Assembly: GCA_963723235.1 (NCBI GenBank)
Contig: CAVRPV010000006.1
Coordinates: 304,914-368,913 of the forward strand
Length of the DNA: 64,000 nt
Direction of reading: 5' to 3'
Origin: an uncultured delta proteobacterium
Lineage (GTDB): Bacteria; Desulfobacterota; WTBG01; CAIYCZ01; CAIRTM01
Part shown: positions 46,938 through 55,914 of the stretch, piece by piece
How the letters are laid out: the number at the start of each line of letters is the position of its first letter
Position numbering within the stretch: position 1 is the first letter of the stretch
Program-made: the position numbers and the translations under genes
Notes under the pieces: model-generated
Told to the model about the DNA's origin: nothing
The model's database searches: none
The model's input: only the letters and a program-made list of their open reading frames with translations

Positions 46938-47033
46938 ATGAAAGAACAGTATGAAAAGCCTAAAGTTGTAGAAATTGATTTGGAGGAATCTTTCAGTTTT
47001 GGACGGCCGCCTGTTAGCCCCATTATGCCATAA
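46938..47033 (+). CDS. Putative RiPP precursor C1: MKEQYEKPKVVEIDLEESFSFGRPPVSPIMP
   Basis: AGGAGG RBS; YEKPKV leader motif; tandem copy 177 bp downstream. Confidence 0.8.
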   Translation: MKEQYEKPKVVEIDLEESFSFGRPPVSPIMP

Positions 47034-47114
47034 AGAGCAATTTGGATGTTGGTTGCGATTAACTTTTTAAGAGTTTTAAACAGTGTTCCATTAGACAAAA
47101 GGAGGTATTGCAGA

Positions 47115-47204
47115 ATGAAAGAACAGTATGAAAAGCCTAAAGTTGTAGAAATTGACCTGGAGGAATCTTTCAGTTTTGGGCGGCCGCCTGTTAGCCCTCT
47201 TTGA
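47115..47204 (+). CDS. Putative RiPP precursor C2: MKEQYEKPKVVEIDLEESFSFGRPPVSPL
   Basis: AGGAGG RBS; differs from C1 by synonymous changes and the C-terminus only. Confidence 0.8.
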   Translation: MKEQYEKPKVVEIDLEESFSFGRPPVSPL

Positions 47205-47261
47205 TTGATTATCGTTCATGGTGATATCTCCAAAGAATTGTGTCAATACTTGCGGGTGTGA

Positions 47262-48155
47262 ATGCAGACACACGTAACGACCGGTTTTGGCGGTTATGTT
47301 GTGCGGTTTGTTTGTGAAGATGCAGGGGTAGTGGATCTTCTTGATTTGCACTTCCGTGAACACGTGACCGACGCAGAGCCGGATGTCACGCTTGCTATGA
47401 GGGTTGTTGCGCCGGGTGTGATCGCGAAGGTTGATGATCTTTCTGAATCGTACTATGCTTTTTTTGATCAGGGGACCGTCAATTTTGGCCCCAACCTGCT
47501 TGAGGGGCGCTGGGATTTCGACAGTAAGATATTTACCCTGAAGGTCAGCCGCGAACTCATGGTGCAGGAGGAGTTGTGGCTTTTTGACCGGTTTTTATGC
47601 AGGCTGTATTATACCCTGGTGATGAGGGACAGGCGCCGAAGCTCCAGGCCGTTGATTGTACATTGTGCAGGGGTGGTCCGCGATGGCAGGGGCTATATTT
47701 TCTTCGGTCCCCCGGGAAGCGGAAAAAGCACGGCAGCCGGCCTGTCCAGACACTATCATATCATGCATGATGATATGAACATTGTGACCTTGGACGGTGA
47801 CCGGGTGCAGGTTCAAGGTGTTCCCTTCAACCCGAAGCTGATCGAACGCACCAATGTCGGCGTGCCCCTGTCGATGATCTGTTCGCTGCATCAGTCAGCT
47901 GCGGTACGCCTTGAACGGGGAACACAGGATGAGTTCCTGCAGAAAGTCGTACCGGAAAATTTTCTGCCGCTGCCGCTTTTCACCAACGATCGCAAGCATG
48001 CTTTTCAGTACTTGTTGGCATGCCTCAGGGACTTGAGTCGGCAGGTACCCTATTACCGCTTGTATTTTAAAAAAGACGAAAGCTTTTGGGACCATATCGC
48101 AACAGTGGAGGTTTTGCATGGACAACATTCAGCAGATGTACATCAAAAGAATTGA
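47262..48155 (+). CDS. HPr-kinase-related P-loop protein 1
   Basis: VHCAGVVRDGRGYIFFGPPGSGKST...MHDD...GVPF. Confidence 0.8.
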   Translation: MQTHVTTGFGGYVVRFVCEDAGVVDLLDLHFREHVTDAEPDVTLAMRVVAPGVIAKVDDLSESYYAFFDQGTVNFGPNLLEGRWDFDSKIFTLKVSRELMVQEELWLFDRFLCRLYYTLVMRDRRRSSRPLIVHCAGVVRDGRGYIFFGPPGSGKSTAAGLSRHYHIMHDDMNIVTLDGDRVQVQGVPFNPKLIERTNVGVPLSMICSLHQSAAVRLERGTQDEFLQKVVPENFLPLPLFTNDRKHAFQYLLACLRDLSRQVPYYRLYFKKDESFWDHIATVEVLHGQHSADVHQKN

Positions 48156-48415
48156 AGACAATGCCGTCTGGACGAAGCTGGACAAGGGCACCATGATTAT
48201 TATGACAGCGGATATAGGAAAAGGTGCTGGACCTCAACAAGACAGCGGCCTGTCTCTGGGAAAAGAGCGATGGCTCGCAGACGGTCGGAGCGCTTGTGGA
48301 ACACCTGTGCCAGACGTATGACGTGGACGCGGAGGCCGCACTCGCTGACGTCATTGATTTTATTGAGGCTATGAAAAAGAAGAACCTGCTCGCGGTTTCA
48401 GAGGCTGCGATATAA
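48118..48415 (+). CDS. PqqD-family RiPP recognition element (frameshift near 48222)
   Basis: GGAGG RBS; MDNIQQ...MIIMTADIG joins LDLNKTAACLWEKSDGSQTVGALVEHLCQTYDVDAEAALADVIDFIEAMKKKNLL, a classic PqqD pattern. Confidence 0.85.
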
Positions 48416-48441
48416 CGCCGCGCCAAACGGAGTGTCCCTGC

Positions 48442-49587
48442 ATGAAATCACGTGTCAGTGCATGCATGATCGTTAAAGACGAGGAGGCGAACCTTGCCCG
48501 GTGCCTCCGCAGCATCCGAGGCGCAGTTGATGAAATAATCGTGGTCGACACGGGCTCCCGCGATGCAACCGTCGAAATCGCCCGATCCTTCGATGCACAT
48601 GTATACTTCTGCCCCTGGGAGGATAATTTCTCCATTCCCCGCAATGTGTCCATCGAGCATGCGCAGGGGGAGTGGATTTTCTTGATCGATGCCGATGAAG
48701 AGCTGGAAAGCGCTGCACGGGACACAATCCAAAAACTTGTATGCAACAATACCCTGCTTGGGTACTCCGTGCTCATAGAAATGCATCCGGACTTTACCCC
48801 GATGAGGAGTCTGCGTTTGTTCAGGAATATGCCTTCCTTGCGTTTTAGAGGGGTCTTTCATGAAGAGTTGACAGTACCCCGGGACAGCGCCGACAGGGTC
48901 ATGCCTGCCGACATACGGATTATTCACACACCTTTTAATCAGGAAATAACAGACAGGAAATATGAGCGCAATGTCACGCTTTTGCGCAAGCATCTGAACG
49001 AATACCCTGATGATGCGTATCAAATGCTCGATCTTGCGCGGCTATACCTGGGGAAGGATGCCGCGGCTGAGGCTGAAATACTTTTGCAGCGTGCCCGCGG
49101 GATTATTCTCGACCATACTCCATCGTACAGCAGGCAGAAGCTGGAGGTGTGCCGTTCTTTTTATTATTCGCTGCACTACGGATGTTTGTTGCAAAAAAAC
49201 AGCGATATCCGGGAGCGCCTGACAGTGTGCCGGGAAGCCATTGAGACCCTGCCGGAATGCCCCTTGTTTTATTATCATGCGGCCAACCTGTATTATGCAT
49301 TGCAACAGTATGAGGCGGCCATCGGGCATTTTGAGAAATGCATTGCATTTGGAAAGCAGCCGGCACGTGATGTGACCATTTTGTATCCCCGCGAGTGTCT
49401 CAGCAGTCTCCCTCTTGCCGGTTTGGGATATTCTTTATTCAGGGAAAAAAAATATATGCAGGCCACCCGCTATTTTAAGGCATCCCTTGCATACAAACAG
49501 GATCATGCCATTGATGTAATGTTAGCTTCGGCATCACTGCTTGCAGAAAAAGCCGAATGCACTGCCGGCAGCCTTCCGCGCCCATGA
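48442..49587 (+). CDS. GT2 glycosyltransferase with C-terminal TPRs (SunS/flagellin-GT-like architecture)
   Basis: SACMIVKDEE, DTGSRDAT, WEDNFS..RN, WIFLIDADE, FRGVFHE, then TPR-like helices. Confidence 0.88.
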   Translation: MKSRVSACMIVKDEEANLARCLRSIRGAVDEIIVVDTGSRDATVEIARSFDAHVYFCPWEDNFSIPRNVSIEHAQGEWIFLIDADEELESAARDTIQKLVCNNTLLGYSVLIEMHPDFTPMRSLRLFRNMPSLRFRGVFHEELTVPRDSADRVMPADIRIIHTPFNQEITDRKYERNVTLLRKHLNEYPDDAYQMLDLARLYLGKDAAAEAEILLQRARGIILDHTPSYSRQKLEVCRSFYYSLHYGCLLQKNSDIRERLTVCREAIETLPECPLFYYHAANLYYALQQYEAAIGHFEKCIAFGKQPARDVTILYPRECLSSLPLAGLGYSLFREKKYMQATRYFKASLAYKQDHAIDVMLASASLLAEKAECTAGSLPRP

Positions 49588-50999
49588 ATCATCATCTCCC
49601 GGTTTATTTCGGTCGGTTCGCGCTCGCTATAGTATCTCCCTCAAAATCGGTCATTGATCATCTGCGGCTATTCTTTGCCGGGTATGAATGTGGTCGGAAA
49701 GCCACTGCCACCCTGCATATTCTCACATCCAGAGATTTGCCTCCTCCCCGGGAACAGCTGTTATCCAAGCAGTGGACCGCTTTGGCAGTGCATGACAATG
49801 GGTTTGAAATAGGTCCCAATGTGATACAGGGAAGAATTCTACCGGATCAGTGTACCTTCATTATTACGGTGCATGAAGATTTGTTTTTGCCGGGACTTGC
49901 AAATGTGATCAATGCTTTTTTTTACCGTCTCTACTATACCTTGTGCGCTCTCAACAAAACTCACAGCTGCATTATCCATGGTTGCGGCGTGATGCGCGAT
50001 CAGATCGGCTATCTGTTTATCGGGCCGCATCACTCGGGGAAAACAACCATCGGACTGTTATCAGGCGCCCCCATTCTGCATGATGATCAGATGATCCTCA
50101 CGCTTGAAGGCGACACGCTTACCATGGACAGCCCGCCGCTACCGGCGCGGGATAATCTCAGGCAGCGGCCCGAAGCGCCCTGTGTACTCGAAAGGATTTT
50201 CCTTGCGGTAAAGGATGAACAGTTCTCTGTCAGGCAGCTCGCTCCGGAGCATGCGGTGGCGTGCCTTTATAATGATGTTGTGATGCCCCATACGCTTCTC
50301 TCCGTTGCTGCGAACGCGGCCCGCATGCGCAAGGCGCAGTTGTGTTTTGCCCTTCAGCGGGCAGTACCTGTGTTTGAGCTGCATTTTGACAGGCAGGGGC
50401 AATTCTGGGAACAGCTCAGCACGATGCAATGGCCTATATCGATAAATGAGCATACAATTGATACAGCCGGTGATAGGCCGAAGAGATTTGTCAGTCGTGT
50501 ATGGCTTGAGCAGTATCAGCAGTCGGGCGCCGGAAGCTTAACCATTCTCAGCGGGAGCATGGCGCCGCTGATCAATACGGGGGATCAGATTTGTGTCCGC
50601 AAAACGCCGCTTGACCGTATCCATATCGGCGACATCATTACTTTTTGGAAAGGGGGGGAATTGATTACTCATCGCGTCATACGTACATGCATCAGAGAGG
50701 GAGGAGTATGCTTTGTGGAGCGGGGTGACAAGCATCCTCATCATTCTTTCATTGATGCAGCATCGGTCATCGGCAAGGTAGCCAGGATCAATAAGGGCAG
50801 CCATAGTGTTGAGATGCACAAACTGCACTGGCAGATATTTAACCGAACTGTCGGAGTTCTGTTTTTAAGCATCTTTTTTTTACGCCTCCTGGCCCGGCGT
50901 ATTCCATTTCTTCCCCAGCAGGTTAAAGGTGGCGGCAATAAAATTTTAACTGTTCTGACGAGAATAAAAAACAAAGCTCTTAATGCTCAGTTCAGGTGA
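49584..50999 (+). CDS. HPr-kinase-related P-loop protein 2 fused to an S24/S26-family peptidase
   Basis: IHGCGVMRDQIGYLFIGPHHSGKTT...LHDD; C-terminal SGSMAPLINTGD...GDIITF...ITHRVI...RGD; ATGA overlap with the GT gene. Confidence 0.8.
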   Translation: MNHHLPVYFGRFALAIVSPSKSVIDHLRLFFAGYECGRKATATLHILTSRDLPPPREQLLSKQWTALAVHDNGFEIGPNVIQGRILPDQCTFIITVHEDLFLPGLANVINAFFYRLYYTLCALNKTHSCIIHGCGVMRDQIGYLFIGPHHSGKTTIGLLSGAPILHDDQMILTLEGDTLTMDSPPLPARDNLRQRPEAPCVLERIFLAVKDEQFSVRQLAPEHAVACLYNDVVMPHTLLSVAANAARMRKAQLCFALQRAVPVFELHFDRQGQFWEQLSTMQWPISINEHTIDTAGDRPKRFVSRVWLEQYQQSGAGSLTILSGSMAPLINTGDQICVRKTPLDRIHIGDIITFWKGGELITHRVIRTCIREGGVCFVERGDKHPHHSFIDAASVIGKVARINKGSHSVEMHKLHWQIFNRTVGVLFLSIFFLRLLARRIPFLPQQVKGGGNKILTVLTRIKNKALNAQFR

Positions 51000-51069
51000 A
51001 ACAAACGAGACTTGCAAAGCTGGCTGCATCCTGTAAAGTAATAATGAATGATGTCATCTTGAGTCTAAC

Positions 51070-51175
51070 ATGGTCCCCATAATAGAACTACAGAACATCT
51101 CTAAATATTACCCGAAAGCGGCGGGGGTATCGCGGCTTATAATCCCCAAAATTGAGGGGGGCAAAGCCCTCACCT
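51070..51175 (+). pseudogene. Truncated N-terminus of an ABC ATP-binding protein
   Basis: MVPIIELQNISKYYP...KAL then similarity is lost before Walker A. Confidence 0.45.
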
Positions 51176-51254
51176 TATGCAGGTTGTGGCCTTCACAGTT
51201 GAATAATGTCTCGCCAAAGGCCGCGCTCGCAAGGCCGATGAGCAGCTATTCAAA

Positions 51255-51395
51255 GAATGTCAGATAGGCCTCCTTGAATCGCATCTTCCGTACCTCCTGC
51301 AGCATTTCTGTCCGTTTCATGAGTCACCTCCAGCAGTGACTCTAAACCGGACAGTTCATGTGCTACAAGACCGGACAGATTATAAACTCCCAACA
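51255..51395 (-). mobile_element. IS1202/ISNCY-like IS end plus transposase 5' fragment
   Basis: Minus strand starts TGTTGG, has two CTGTCCGG repeats, then GGAGG and MKRTEMLQEVRKMRFKEAY. Confidence 0.65.
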
Positions 51396-51551
51396 CAAAG
51401 GAAAAAGCAATTGACCGCCGCACGCAAAAATCGTATAGATTGTTGGCAGTCACAACCGTTAACCAACGGCGGCTTGTAGTGTTTTAAAATCGTTTTGGCG
51501 ACATTAACTAAAAATCGAGGCGCTCTTCAAAGCACAAAAAAGTAGCCCACA

Positions 51552-52706
51552 ATGACAGCCAAGCAAACTTCAATCTACGCACTCATCGCTGGAAATCATT
51601 CTGATGGTCCTTTGAATGATGACGTACTGAAGGTCTTATATGATCACAACCTTTTACCTTATTTCTTTTCTAGTAACAGGGCATTTCCCGTTGAACTTCA
51701 GAAAACCAGACGGACTATTCTGATAAAACAGCAGCTTGTATATCAGTTGGCTTGTAGGGACTTGGTGCAAGTGGTTGAGGCTTTGGAAGCAGTCGGTGTT
51801 GAATACCGGGTGTTGAAAGGAATCGCAATTGCTCAGACCTATCCTTATCCATATGCAAGGAGCATGGGAGATCATGACATTTGTGTCCATGTTGAGAATT
51901 TTGATCAGGCAATAGTGGCTATTGCGTCATTAGGATATCAAAGGAGCGAAAGGGAAGATACAGAAAGTGACGTGGGCTTTTTCAAAGAGGGCCACCTCAA
52001 AATCGAACTTCACAGACAATTGTTCGACCATGGTCGTGTGCGTAATGGCGAGGATTTGCTGCATGAGCTTTGGGCAGATGCTTTCGAGATCATGGTAGGC
52101 AGCAAGGTTATTCTTGTTCCTCAAATAGAGACTCATTTTAAATATTTAATCATTCACATGTTGAGGCATCTGATATATACAGGAATTGGCATCCGGAATT
52201 TGATAGATATTGTTCACTTTAGTACAGTTCACGCTGTTGACTGCAAATCCTATCAAACCTATTTTGATGACTATGGCTATGGTGCCTTTTATAGAGCGAT
52301 TATCTCGATCTGTGTCTATGAATTAGGCATGAAAATAGATGATCATTCCTGGCTATATAATAAAGAGGAATTGGTGATTAGAGATTTGTCATCGTATATT
52401 CTCCAAAGTGGCGCTTTTGGTGGTAGCGATGAAGCGCTTATCAGAGAAATTTATACCCGGCTTTTGAAACCCAATCAAAAAAACCATGTGTTTATAATAA
52501 TATTGTCGTCTCTATTCCCAAGTTCAAAAGCGATCGGTGCTTGCTACAGTTATGTGACTAAATGGCCTGTGCTGCTTCCTGTAGCATGGGTACACCGATG
52601 GCTTAGGTTCACTTTAAAGACCAAACTCTATGTGATCACAAAGACTAAGAATAGCTTTGTTATAAAAGATCGCTTGATGAAGGGTTTGGGTTTGCATGAT
52701 TATTGA
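51552..52706 (+). CDS. Nucleotidyltransferase family protein (NTP_transf_5-like)
   Basis: VLKGIAIAQTYPYPYARSMGDHDICV, IELH, IHMLRH..GIGIRNLIDI, LLPVAWVHRW. Confidence 0.85.
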   Translation: MTAKQTSIYALIAGNHSDGPLNDDVLKVLYDHNLLPYFFSSNRAFPVELQKTRRTILIKQQLVYQLACRDLVQVVEALEAVGVEYRVLKGIAIAQTYPYPYARSMGDHDICVHVENFDQAIVAIASLGYQRSEREDTESDVGFFKEGHLKIELHRQLFDHGRVRNGEDLLHELWADAFEIMVGSKVILVPQIETHFKYLIIHMLRHLIYTGIGIRNLIDIVHFSTVHAVDCKSYQTYFDDYGYGAFYRAIISICVYELGMKIDDHSWLYNKEELVIRDLSSYILQSGAFGGSDEALIREIYTRLLKPNQKNHVFIIILSSLFPSSKAIGACYSYVTKWPVLLPVAWVHRWLRFTLKTKLYVITKTKNSFVIKDRLMKGLGLHDY

Positions 52707-52959
52707 AGCTTACACCGCCCCTGTTTTATAGTTTGCCCATCTCAAAACAAGTTCCGATCAAGAAGGCCGTTGCCGTTTCCCGTGGGGCAGAGGGAAACTC
52801 AGCATCACATGCAGGCATGTAGCTGTCCTTCAGGTACTGGTTTGCTGCCCTCATTGTTGTGATCTCCAGTTTTGCCAATTCGTTTGTACGCCGACGGCAC
52901 AGCTATAACTGCATGAGCGAAGGACTGAATCCGGTTCTGTCTGCTCACCTCCTGTACGT

Positions 52960-54135
52960 CTACAAATTATCTATCATGTCCCCCATCATGGATAAATGTC
53001 CGGGCTCTAATGTGTAACAATTTACATTCTCGACAATTTTTCCGACAGTCAATAACATCGAGGAAGCTTTCCCGGCAGATTCATTAAAGAAACTGGTGCC
53101 CGGAGAACGGTTGATCATATGGGTCAGGATTCGAAAGCAGGCTTCGGACTTTGGCAATTGCCGTATCTGCGGGTTCTGTTCAAAACATGGTTTTTTATCC
53201 TCAACAATTGTGACCCCGAGTATTTCACACTCATACCTGCTCCAGATATCCTGGTAAAATGCCATTAGGGATTTTTTATCAGGTGCTCTGAATCTGTATG
53301 CGGGATATCCGTGAGTCAGCACTTCATATGCCATCTCAACATCAGGATGCCGCGACAGCCTGTCAAGCAATCCCTGGTGGTGGTTCAAAAGCATGAGATC
53401 AAAATAACATCCACGACTGGCTTGCTCTGCCTGCTGCGCAACGCTTTCTACAAGCAGGATGATATTTTTGGGTGCGCATCGTTGCCCTTGACTTGCAGGG
53501 AACAAATCAGCGGGATCTGCAAAATACTTGCCTTCAAAATCAAGATAAAAAGCCTTCTGCGTATCAACCAACCCGTAAAAAGGGCTGTTCTCCTTTATGC
53601 CAACCCTTCTGGGAAAAGGGTCAAGGCAATAGTCATGTTTTCTTATAAGACAAAACTCATCGGATAAAAACTGATAGCCGCGTGACAACAGCTCAAGCAC
53701 CAAAGTTGTTTTGCCGAATCCAGATGGCGCTATGATTACCGTACCATTATTTTCCTTCGAGACAACACCCGCATGAATAAGGATGTAGTCACTGATCATC
53801 GGCATAATCCGCGTGAAAATTATCTGCTCGGCAAGGCCGCTGATTTTTCTATCGGAGGGTAAGTGCGCAGCGAACCCGTTACTCTGGATGAGCAACGGAC
53901 CATGATGAAATCGATTTTTTTTCAAAATATAGAAGGTAAGACACGTTTCCGGAAGTTTTTGACACATAAAATTTTTATACACTTGGCTAAACGCAGCAAA
54001 GCTGTCCTGACAGTCAGCGTACAGTTCGAGACCGACATTAAAAAAATTAAAAACACGCCGATACGGAGCCTGCTTTTGTATATCCTGTCGATCTGATGGA
54101 GTTAAATTAATCTGCATATCCTGTAATGCTATCAC
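52960..54135 (-). CDS. HPr-kinase-related P-loop protein 3
   Basis: LIHAGVVS...IIAPSGFGKTTLVLELLSRGYQFLSDEF...PFPR. Confidence 0.82.
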   Translation of the reverse strand: MIALQDMQINLTPSDRQDIQKQAPYRRVFNFFNVGLELYADCQDSFAAFSQVYKNFMCQKLPETCLTFYILKKNRFHHGPLLIQSNGFAAHLPSDRKISGLAEQIIFTRIMPMISDYILIHAGVVSKENNGTVIIAPSGFGKTTLVLELLSRGYQFLSDEFCLIRKHDYCLDPFPRRVGIKENSPFYGLVDTQKAFYLDFEGKYFADPADLFPASQGQRCAPKNIILLVESVAQQAEQASRGCYFDLMLLNHHQGLLDRLSRHPDVEMAYEVLTHGYPAYRFRAPDKKSLMAFYQDIWSRYECEILGVTIVEDKKPCFEQNPQIRQLPKSEACFRILTHMINRSPGTSFFNESAGKASSMLLTVGKIVENVNCYTLEPGHLSMMGDMIDNL

Positions 54136-54154
54136 ATATTGTTGATAAAATGAC

Positions 54155-54200
54155 TTAAAAAATCCATGGGATTATACTCCGTTTGTATAATCCCATGGAT
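54155..54200 (-). terminator. Intrinsic terminator
   Basis: Perfect 16-bp stem ATCCATGGGATTATAC/GTATAATCCCATGGAT with a T run on the minus strand. Confidence 0.75.
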
Positions 54201-54306
54201 AGGCATGAAACTTATTTTTTTTGCATCAGTCTATAAGCATATATCCTGACACACTATACTACACTACACGAATCTTCCCCTCTACCAGAGGCACGTCTAC
54301 CACCGA

Positions 54307-54412
54307 TCAGGGCAGTTCAATGCCGCGGGGATTCTCTTACAGTAAAACCCGATGCAGGGCACCGCATCATAAATGCTGCTGCGATAATTGGCAGAATAAT
54401 AATCTTACGCAT
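54307..54412 (-). pseudogene. Internally deleted duplicate of the secreted protein gene
   Basis: MRKIIILPIIAAAFMMRCPASGFT matches the N-terminus of 54674..55846; joined out of frame to ENPRGIELP*, matching its C-terminus KNPIGIELD*. Confidence 0.7.
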
Positions 54413-54480
54413 AGTATGTCCTCGTTATAAGATTGGTATGGCTTTCGATAAACCCGTGAAAATATCAGGTTACTAGAGCT

Positions 54481-54609
54481 TTACGGGTACTCAATGCCAG
54501 CAGGGCCTCCCGAGGTTACCGTATGTGCCGGCCCGATTATGCTGGCGATTTCCTCCTCCGTATAGGTTATGATGGCTGGCGTTTCATAGCGCTTCTTCTG
54601 GTCTTCCAT
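54481..54609 (-). CDS. Putative RiPP precursor A3: MEDQKKRYETPAIITYTEEEIASIIGPAHTVTSGGPAGIEYP
   Basis: Manual translation; AAGGAGGAG RBS. Confidence 0.8.
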   Translation of the reverse strand: MEDQKKRYETPAIITYTEEEIASIIGPAHTVTSGGPAGIEYP

Positions 54610-54673
54610 AACTCCTCCTTTGAAAAAGATATGTTTATACAGTGTTGTAAAAACCTCACCATAACTATTGCCA

Positions 54674-55846
54674 TCAATCTAATTCAATGCCGATGGGATT
54701 CTTGATCTTCGTCTGTTCTTCTGCTGTTACTGTCTTCTGGCTTCGAGCTTTGTTTTTACGGGGTGGTTTGTTATCCTTATCTATGCGATACTTGAAATAC
54801 ATCGCCCAATTACCGTGGAATTTTTTGAAGCGCTTACCGGCACCCCAGGCAGTCTGCTCATCGCAGATTTTCTGCTCGCAGGGAAGCGGCACAGGTATAA
54901 TCACGGGCTGGGCGGGCAGGCCCTGGACGTCAAACGGCTGCAATACAACGCCAACAAACTCCGTGCAGCCCGGCTCATAAAAAAAACCGTATTCTTCGGC
55001 GCCAGCGAGGATTTCAGCCACCTGGCAGCGTGAATACGGGCCCAGACTCAGGTTGCTGTTCTCATCATCAATCAGGGTCCAGATAGCCCTTTGAACCGAA
55101 CCATACGTATAGACCGGAAGATCAGGGTTGCATTGTGTCGGCTTGCCGACAAACTGCTGATTCAAAATCCAGTTGATCTTGTCGAGATTCCCCGGGAAAT
55201 CAACCAGACCATCCGGAAGCGTTGCATAGCTAGAGAAGACATTTGCATTGTACTGCACTCCTTCCGTTATACCAATCGACGTTGAAAGGCACCATCCGTC
55301 ATGGGTGCCCGTAAGCAGATCATCAGCATCGGCAACATCAATTGCGGGGAGATACGCCGGGCCATCGAGATAGGGATCGTTCGTGGTCATCGTTGCTTCT
55401 GCGGGAAGCGTGCCAGCAAAAAGAGCAAGATCAGGATCCTCATACCCGCAGATAGACCCCACAACAGCGTGTGCCGCAATATAGACACACTTAGTGCGCG
55501 AAGACCAACGCAATGGAATTGTATACATGTGCTCGGTTGCGCAGTCGAGCTCATCCTGGAATTCAAACTTTTCGGGTATGGGGTGGAAGAATAGCTGCGG
55601 TATTAACCGCGGGCTGCATTCGACAGCAAGGTGCGTCTCGCGCAAACACCAACCAGAATCAGTGATCACATACTTCACGTACATGTTCGTGTCATCATTC
55701 CAGACACGGACTTCACCGACTGTGATGTGCTGGCCTGCGATCAATGGAGTGACAAACGGGGAGGCTTCTGTTGCAGTAAAGCCCGATGCAGGGCACAGCA
55801 TCATAAAAACTGCTGCTACAATTGGCAGAAAAATAATCTTACGCAT
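54674..55846 (-). CDS. Secreted Cys-rich protein with a thioester-domain-like insert
   Basis: Signal peptide; LIAGQ..VGEVRVWND..WCLRETHL domain; insert with GWCLS, KINWILN, VQRAIW, AQPVII. Confidence 0.75.
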   Translation of the reverse strand: MRKIIFLPIVAAVFMMLCPASGFTATEASPFVTPLIAGQHITVGEVRVWNDDTNMYVKYVITDSGWCLRETHLAVECSPRLIPQLFFHPIPEKFEFQDELDCATEHMYTIPLRWSSRTKCVYIAAHAVVGSICGYEDPDLALFAGTLPAEATMTTNDPYLDGPAYLPAIDVADADDLLTGTHDGWCLSTSIGITEGVQYNANVFSSYATLPDGLVDFPGNLDKINWILNQQFVGKPTQCNPDLPVYTYGSVQRAIWTLIDDENSNLSLGPYSRCQVAEILAGAEEYGFFYEPGCTEFVGVVLQPFDVQGLPAQPVIIPVPLPCEQKICDEQTAWGAGKRFKKFHGNWAMYFKYRIDKDNKPPRKNKARSQKTVTAEEQTKIKNPIGIELD

Positions 55847-55914
55847 ATTATGTTTTCCTTATAAAATTGTCAGTGACATATTGACTTGTTAGAATCTCCC
55901 GGTTAATGCTGAGA

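Noticed and set aside
46921-47204. CRISPR array or non-coding tandem repeat
   Set aside because: Only two units of about 100 bp, each with RBS, ORF and synonymous changes; no cas genes.
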